A stretch of 45,149 nt of DNA, taken from NCBI GenBank assembly GCA_002171575.2, contig NHEI02000036.1, positions 1 through 45,149 on the forward strand. The letters run 5' to 3'. The stretch is from Flavobacteriaceae bacterium TMED81. Its GTDB lineage: Bacteria; Bacteroidota; Bacteroidia; Flavobacteriales; Flavobacteriaceae. Shown here in pieces: positions 40,045 to 45,149 of this stretch. Position numbers and translations under genes: made by a program. Below the pieces are notes generated by a model. It searched no databases, was not told where the DNA came from, and saw only the letters and a program-made list of their open reading frames with translations. Each line of letters starts with the position of its first letter. Positions within the stretch are counted from its first letter, which is position 1.

Positions 40045-41352
40045 CTACAAATTAATGGCCATTTTTTTCGAAAGAACCTCCAGAACCCCTTTTGCTTTAA
40101 GTAAGCATTCTTCGTACTCCTTTTCTGGATTTGAATTTGCGGTTAGGGCACTTCCGACTTGCAAAGAAAGATATTCGGTGTCTTTTCGATATAAAAGGGA
40201 GCGAATCACCACATTAAAATCAAAATCTCCATTGGGGTCGATATAGCCAACAGCACCGCTATACAATCCTCTTTTGGTCTCCTCATATTGTTCGATAAGT
40301 TGCATCGCTCGTACCTTTGGCGCACCCGTCATGCTTCCCATTGGGAAACAAGCAGCTATGGCGTCTGAAACTTGAGTTTCTGTTTGCAATTCGGCCACGA
40401 CTGTCGATATCATTTGATGCACATGCGTAAACGGATAAACTTTGCACAACTCTTCCACTTGCACGCTTCCTTTGGTTGCAATCCGCGACATATCATTGCG
40501 CACCAGATCGACGATCATGGTGTTTTCTGCACGTTCCTTTTCGCTCTTTTGCAATTGAGATGCTTCTGCAAGATCCTGAACCATATCGATATGGCGTTTT
40601 GCTGTTCCTTTGATCGGTTGGGAAATCAACCGATTACCGACTCGTTTTAAAAACCGTTCAGGAGAACTACTGAGTAAATACTTATCATCGATTTGTACAA
40701 ACGCAGCAAAGGGCGGCTTCGCCTTTTCATTGAGTTCATAAAATAGGGTATGCGGTTCGATTTTGGTATCTTCTACATAGAGTTCCATACAAAAATTCAC
40801 TTCGTAGATATCACCTCTTGCGATATGCTGCTGGAGAGCTTGTGTTTTGGCCAGATAATCTGCTTTGGTAATCCGATGCTGCATGGAAATCTCTTTTTTA
40901 ATACGCACTTCGAACCGATCTGGAGTGGACATGATCTGTTCCCAGTCATCATTTGGCTGATATGGGGATAAATAATGTGCTTCTACTCGATTGTCTTTGA
41001 TAATCCACAAGCGTTTGGGTTGAAAAAAGAACAGTTCGGGAAAGTCTAGATGATCAAGGTTTTGGGATTGCAGCTTTTCCAAACCATTTTTTAGATCGTA
41101 GGACAGATAGCCAAACAACCAGTCGGAATGCGAATGAAGTTGAGTTTGTAAAGCTGTGAACGCATGATGGCTTTGTGATTGTACAACAGTGAAGGGATCT
41201 GTTGCGAGGATAAAGTCATAGTCCGTTTCTTGATGCGCATAGTCATTGGAATCCAACACAACTGTGGTCGAATAGCGTTTGGACCAATGCAAAAGTTGCG
41301 ACTTGAGTTGTTCGATATCGGGATGTGAAAAACGGGTAAAACTGCGTTTCAA
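40045..41352 (-). CDS. pabB: aminodeoxychorismate synthase component I / anthranilate synthase component I family
   Basis: Chorismate-binding domain motifs are present (PERFL, GTAKR, E..MIVDL.RND, PMGSMTGAPK, GAVGY). No trp genes are adjacent, so a PabB role is inferred. Confidence 0.75.
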   Translation of the reverse strand: MKRSFTRFSHPDIEQLKSQLLHWSKRYSTTVVLDSNDYAHQETDYDFILATDPFTVVQSQSHHAFTALQTQLHSHSDWLFGYLSYDLKNGLEKLQSQNLDHLDFPELFFFQPKRLWIIKDNRVEAHYLSPYQPNDDWEQIMSTPDRFEVRIKKEISMQHRITKADYLAKTQALQQHIARGDIYEVNFCMELYVEDTKIEPHTLFYELNEKAKPPFAAFVQIDDKYLLSSSPERFLKRVGNRLISQPIKGTAKRHIDMVQDLAEASQLQKSEKERAENTMIVDLVRNDMSRIATKGSVQVEELCKVYPFTHVHQMISTVVAELQTETQVSDAIAACFPMGSMTGAPKVRAMQLIEQYEETKRGLYSGAVGYIDPNGDFDFNVVIRSLLYRKDTEYLSLQVGSALTANSNPEKEYEECLLKAKGVLEVLSKKMAINL

Positions 41353-41430
41353 CGAATACAGATTGTTTGATTTGTAACAAAAATAATCAATAGATTTAGC
41401 AGTAACCCTTTTATTTTCACAATTTTTATT

Positions 41431-41438
41431 GATATTTG
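41431..41438 (+). promoter_or_regulatory. candidate -7 box GAtaTTTG upstream of the arg cluster
   Basis: One mismatch to TAnnTTTG. It is embedded in the same 12-mer, TTGATATTTGCA, that precedes the his leader. Confidence 0.25.
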
Positions 41439-41442
41439 CACC

Positions 41443-41508
41443 GTGATTTTAAAAAAACACTTCCCGTTAACTCCACGCCGCCCGCGTCGCCCCTTTGGGG
41501 GTATATAG
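41443..41508 (+). CDS. candidate Arg-codon-rich upstream ORF (21 aa, GTG start: MILKKHFPLTPRRPRRPFGGI)
   Basis: Hand translation finds four Arg codons in five positions (CGC CGC CCG CGT CGC), forming a GC-rich island in an AT-rich leader about 70 nt upstream of the GNAT gene. The non-ATG start and the absence of a canonical terminator make this weak. Confidence 0.25.
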   Translation: MILKKHFPLTPRRPRRPFGGI

Positions 41509-41577
41509 TCTTTAGGGAGCTATGGTGCGTCCAGCTTCATCTTCATCATCTATTTTTCAATTCAAATTCACAGCACA

Positions 41578-42189
41578 ATGAACATTGTCATTGCAGGCAA
41601 GTCGCATATCCAGTATGCGAAACAAATTTCGGAACTAATCGCTTCCTCTGCTCAGGTGAGAGGAACGGGAATCGCACGGCGTACACCAGCGTATATTGTT
41701 AGCAAAATCGAAAATAAAAACGCGGTAATTGCTTTAGACGGCGATGTCTTTGCGGGCTTTTGCTATATCGAGGTTTGGGGACATAGCAAATATGTTGCCC
41801 ATTCGGGTTTGATTGTCGCGCCAGAATACAGAGGAAAAGGGCTGGCAAAAGCGATCAAAACAAAAATCTTTGAGTATTCCAGAGAAAAATATCCCGACGC
41901 CAAGGTCTTTGGGATTACCACAGGTCTCCCTGTGATGAAAATCAATTATGAACTCGGCTACAAGCCCGTTACGTTTTCTGAATTGACAGACGATCCTGAT
42001 TTTTGGAAAGGATGTCAAACCTGTAAAAATTACGATGTCCTAACTAGAACCGATCACAAAATGTGTTTGTGTACAGGAATGCTCTATGACCCACAAGCAG
42101 ATGCAGAAGAAAAGACCTATGACAACGCCGTCATGAGTCGATTGAACAAAATCAAACAATCATTGTTTTTAAACAAGAAAAAAGCATGA
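41578..42189 (+). CDS. GNAT-family acyltransferase at the head of the arginine cluster
   Basis: The 203-aa ORF has a GNAT core (VAPEYRGKGLAKAI). Its end has an ATGA-type overlap with argG. Confidence 0.8.
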   Translation: MNIVIAGKSHIQYAKQISELIASSAQVRGTGIARRTPAYIVSKIENKNAVIALDGDVFAGFCYIEVWGHSKYVAHSGLIVAPEYRGKGLAKAIKTKIFEYSREKYPDAKVFGITTGLPVMKINYELGYKPVTFSELTDDPDFWKGCQTCKNYDVLTRTDHKMCLCTGMLYDPQADAEEKTYDNAVMSRLNKIKQSLFLNKKKA

Positions 42190-43367
42190 AAAAGTTAGTC
42201 CTTGCCTACAGCGGAGGTCTAGACACCTCCTATTGCGTAAAGCACCTCAGCCAGTTGGGATATGAAGTGCATGCAGTGAGTGTAAACACTGGTGGTTTTG
42301 ACGTTGAGGAAGTCAAATCATTGTCTGCCAAAGCCATGGCTTTAGGCGCAACATCCTACGAATCTATTGATGCGGTGGAAACCTTTTATCAGAAAGTGAT
42401 TCGGTTTTTGGTGTTCGGCAATGTCCTGAAAAACAATACCTATCCCCTTTCGGTTAGTGCCGAGCGAATTATACAAGCAGTAGAGATTGTCAATTACGCC
42501 AAATCCATAGGGGCCACCCATATTGCGCATGGCAGTACAGGTGCCGGTAACGATCAAGTCCGATTTGACTTGATTTTTCAAACCCTAGCACCAAACATTG
42601 AAATCATCACGCCGATTCGCGATCAAAAGTTGTCGAGGGAAGACGAGATTGCCTTTCTCAAGTCTCATGGGGTCGAAATGGAATGGGCCAAAGCCCAATA
42701 CTCTGTCAACAAAGGACTTTGGGGTACGAGTGTTGGTGGAAAAGAAACGCTGGAATCGAAAGACCCGCTGCCAGAAGAGGCCTACCCAAGCCAACTATCC
42801 GAACAGCAACCAACCAAAATTGCTCTTCAGTTTACAAAAGGGGAATTATCTGGCATTGGCGGCAAACAAATGGATGCGATTTCTGCCATTCAGGCGCTTG
42901 ATCAAATCGCCTCTAGTTATGCGATCGGAAGAGATATCCACGTTGGGGATACGATTATTGGGATCAAAGGAAGAGTGGGCTTTGAAGCAGCTGCTCCGCT
43001 TTTGATCATCAAGGCACATCACTTGCTCGAAAAACACACTTTGAGCAAATGGCAGCAGCAACAAAAGGAACAACTCGCAAGCTTTTATGGGATGCATTTG
43101 CACGAAGGACATTATCTCGATCCTGTGTTGAGAGATATTGAGGCCTTTATGGAAAGTTCGCAAAAGATGGTTACTGGAACGGTCTTTGTCACCCTCCACC
43201 CCTATCGATTTACTCTTGATGGCATCGAATCGGCTCATGATTTAATGGATTCCTCTTTTGGAAGCTATGGCGAGATGAACCGCAACTGGACGAGTGAAGA
43301 TGCCAAAGGATTTATCACCGTTACCGCAAACGCAACTAAAATTTACAACCATGTCAACAACAGCTAA
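42186..43367 (+). CDS. argG: argininosuccinate synthase
   Basis: The 393-aa ORF has AYSGGLDTS and HGSTGAGNDQVRF motifs. Confidence 0.92.
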   Translation: MKKLVLAYSGGLDTSYCVKHLSQLGYEVHAVSVNTGGFDVEEVKSLSAKAMALGATSYESIDAVETFYQKVIRFLVFGNVLKNNTYPLSVSAERIIQAVEIVNYAKSIGATHIAHGSTGAGNDQVRFDLIFQTLAPNIEIITPIRDQKLSREDEIAFLKSHGVEMEWAKAQYSVNKGLWGTSVGGKETLESKDPLPEEAYPSQLSEQQPTKIALQFTKGELSGIGGKQMDAISAIQALDQIASSYAIGRDIHVGDTIIGIKGRVGFEAAAPLLIIKAHHLLEKHTLSKWQQQQKEQLASFYGMHLHEGHYLDPVLRDIEAFMESSQKMVTGTVFVTLHPYRFTLDGIESAHDLMDSSFGSYGEMNRNWTSEDAKGFITVTANATKIYNHVNNS

Positions 43368-44340
43368 AAAGACGGTTGGAGTCATCGGTGGATCTGGCTA
43401 CACAGGTGGTGAGCTCCTTCGTTTGTTGGTGAATCATCCATTGGTTACCATTGATTTTGTGTACAGCAGCACGCGACCTGGAACGCATCTTACGGAAACG
43501 CATACGGATTTGATCGGACAAACCGATTTGCAGTTTACGGATGAAGTCAATCCAAATGTGGATGTGTTATTCTTGTGTCTTGGACATGGACTCTCGGGAA
43601 CTTTCTTACACGAAAACCCGATGAACGACAACACAAAAATTATTGATTTGAGCAATGAATTTCGATTGCAGAATGATCAGCATTTTTTAGGAAAGTATTA
43701 TGTATATGGCTTACCTGAATTTCAAAAACAAAAAATTCAGTCTGCACAAGCGGTAGCCAATCCCGGTTGTTTTGCAACAGCGATTCAACTGGCACTTTTA
43801 CCCCTTGCTAAAGAAGGGTTGCTACAAAATGATGTTCAATTACACGCCATCACTGGAAGCACAGGCGCAGGTGTAAAACCCTCTGCTACTTCTCACTTTA
43901 GCTGGCGAAACAACAATGTGTCTTGGTACAAGCCATTTACCCATCAGCATTTGGGAGAAATTGGCGAAACCCTACAGGCGCTACAACCGAATATTCCTGA
44001 AATCAACTTTTTACCGATTCGGGGAAACTTTACCCGAGGGATATTTGCCAGTGCGTACACAACATTTGAAGGAAACGTTGATGATGCCTATGCTTTATAT
44101 GAACAATTTTATGTCAACAGTTCGTTTACGCACATCAGCAAGAAAGCATTGGATTTAAAAATGGTAGTCAACACCAACAACTGCTTGATTCACTTGCATA
44201 AACACAACAATTTACTCCTGATTACCAGTTGTTTAGACAACCTTCTCAAAGGGGCATCAGGACAAGCCGTTGAAAACATGAATTTGATGTTTTCGTGGCC
44301 ACAAACAACAGGATTACAACTTAAAGCAAACGTTCATTAA
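43351..44340 (+). CDS. argC: N-acyl-gamma-glutamyl-phosphate reductase
   Basis: From the ATG at 43351 the ORF reads MSTTAKKTVGVIGGSGYTGGELLRLL, and NPGCFAT contains the catalytic Cys. The upstream 19 codons lie inside argG. Confidence 0.9.
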   Translation: MSTTAKKTVGVIGGSGYTGGELLRLLVNHPLVTIDFVYSSTRPGTHLTETHTDLIGQTDLQFTDEVNPNVDVLFLCLGHGLSGTFLHENPMNDNTKIIDLSNEFRLQNDQHFLGKYYVYGLPEFQKQKIQSAQAVANPGCFATAIQLALLPLAKEGLLQNDVQLHAITGSTGAGVKPSATSHFSWRNNNVSWYKPFTHQHLGEIGETLQALQPNIPEINFLPIRGNFTRGIFASAYTTFEGNVDDAYALYEQFYVNSSFTHISKKALDLKMVVNTNNCLIHLHKHNNLLLITSCLDNLLKGASGQAVENMNLMFSWPQTTGLQLKANVH

Positions 44341-44352
44341 ACACGAAATACT

Positions 44353-45147
44353 ATGAAAATCGCAATTATCGGTGCTGGAAATCTGGGCTTGAGTATTGCC
44401 AAAGGGCTACTGACCAACAACATCATTACGCAGTTATACCTGACCAAGCGCAATCCATCTTCGATTTCGGACTGGAGCGAGTACAAAAATACACACATTA
44501 CGGATGATAATGCGGAAGCCATTTCATCTTCTGACGTCATTATTTTTGCTGTACAACCCGCTCAACTCAGCGAAGTTCTTGCAAAAAATGCAGATCTATT
44601 CACCGAAAAACACGTCTTAATTTCAACAGTGACTGGGTTTTCAATCGAGAAGATGGAAGCTGTAGTCGGAAACGACAAATACATCATTCGGTCGATGCCA
44701 AACACAGCAATTTCAGTTGGTAAATCGATGACTTGTTTATGTGCCAATGACAAAGGAAAACAACGCCTATCACTCGCAGAAGCGATTTACAATGCGCTCG
44801 GTACAAGCATCATCATCGACGAAAAGCATATGCGAGCTGCAACGGTTATCTGTGCATCAGGGATTGCCTTTTGGATGCGATTGATTCGCGCAACGACTCA
44901 AGGAGGCGTTCAACTCGGCTTTGATGCAGATGAAGCCATGAAGATGTCGATGAACACCGCCTTAGGAGCTGCCTCCCTACTGATTGAAACCGACTCTCAT
45001 CCAGAACAGGAAATCGATAAGGTAACCACGCCACAGGGCTGTACTATTGAAGGACTCAATGAAATGGAGCACCAAGGACTGAGTTCGTCTTTAATCAAAG
45101 GGATTGTTGCTTCGTTTAATAAAATTAATGTGATTAGTAAAGGATAA
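44353..45147 (+). CDS. proC: pyrroline-5-carboxylate reductase
   Basis: The 264-aa ORF has a Rossmann start (KIAIIGAGNLG) and a C-terminal PGG-like motif (TTPQGCTIEGL). Confidence 0.88.
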   Translation: MKIAIIGAGNLGLSIAKGLLTNNIITQLYLTKRNPSSISDWSEYKNTHITDDNAEAISSSDVIIFAVQPAQLSEVLAKNADLFTEKHVLISTVTGFSIEKMEAVVGNDKYIIRSMPNTAISVGKSMTCLCANDKGKQRLSLAEAIYNALGTSIIIDEKHMRAATVICASGIAFWMRLIRATTQGGVQLGFDADEAMKMSMNTALGAASLLIETDSHPEQEIDKVTTPQGCTIEGLNEMEHQGLSSSLIKGIVASFNKINVISKG

Positions 45148-45149
45148 GC

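Noticed and set aside
41436-41702. An 88-aa TTG-initiated ORF running from the arg leader into the GNAT gene in another frame.
   Set aside because: It overlaps the well-supported GNAT CDS out of frame, and its translation has no recognisable features.
1-45149. A search by eye for CRISPR repeats, IS or transposase genes, integrases, tRNA or rRNA genes and long direct repeats.
   Set aside because: None was recognised. Every ORF longer than about 100 aa outside the items listed is either a housekeeping family or an antisense shadow. A computational repeat and tRNA scan (tRNAscan-SE, CRISPR finder, self-dotplot) would be needed to be certain.

Overview
This window is a chromosomal segment that looks like Bacteroidota, probably Flavobacteriia-like. 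Supporting signs are an lpxC-fabZ fusion gene, a PorX-type REC+PglZ regulator, TAnnTTTG -7 promoter boxes, few Shine-Dalgarno sequences, and lipoprotein signal peptides. It is almost entirely housekeeping. The gene order is: ggt; a complete his operon hisG-D-C-B-H-A-F-IE on the minus strand; SPFH-fabG-sucD-efp-lpxA-lpxC/fabZ-lpxD-HD hydrolase on the minus strand; porX-tsaE; proline dehydrogenase; aroB; ppc with an Lrp/AsnC regulator; an M14 peptidase; topoisomerase IV parE-parC; a thiol-redox group (TlpA-like, Trx-like, DsbD-like); tilS; pabB-like; and the start of an arginine/proline cluster (GNAT-argG-argC-proC). I found no tRNA or rRNA genes, CRISPR arrays, transposases or integrases. I cannot point to a convincing multi-gene novel system. 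The observations worth a second look are: (1) an ORF6N DNA-binding module fused in frame to a markedly lower-GC Zn-ribbon/HNH nuclease module (2371-3129); (2) a promoter-preceded run of two-TM mini-ORFs below the ORF-track cutoff (3931-4488); (3) a hand-verifiable His-codon leader peptide with antiterminator and terminator in front of hisG; (4) a GAGGGT/ACCCTC/GAGGGT mutually exclusive hairpin pair with a U-tract between the lrp-like gene and ppc; (5) a comM/yifB gene split by a +1 frameshift in an A6 run; (6) a palindrome-dense AT-rich divergent control region upstream of an XRE regulator; (7) an Arg-codon-rich uORF in front of the arg cluster (weak). All homology calls come from reading the translated ORFs by eye. 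No database search or RNA folding was run.
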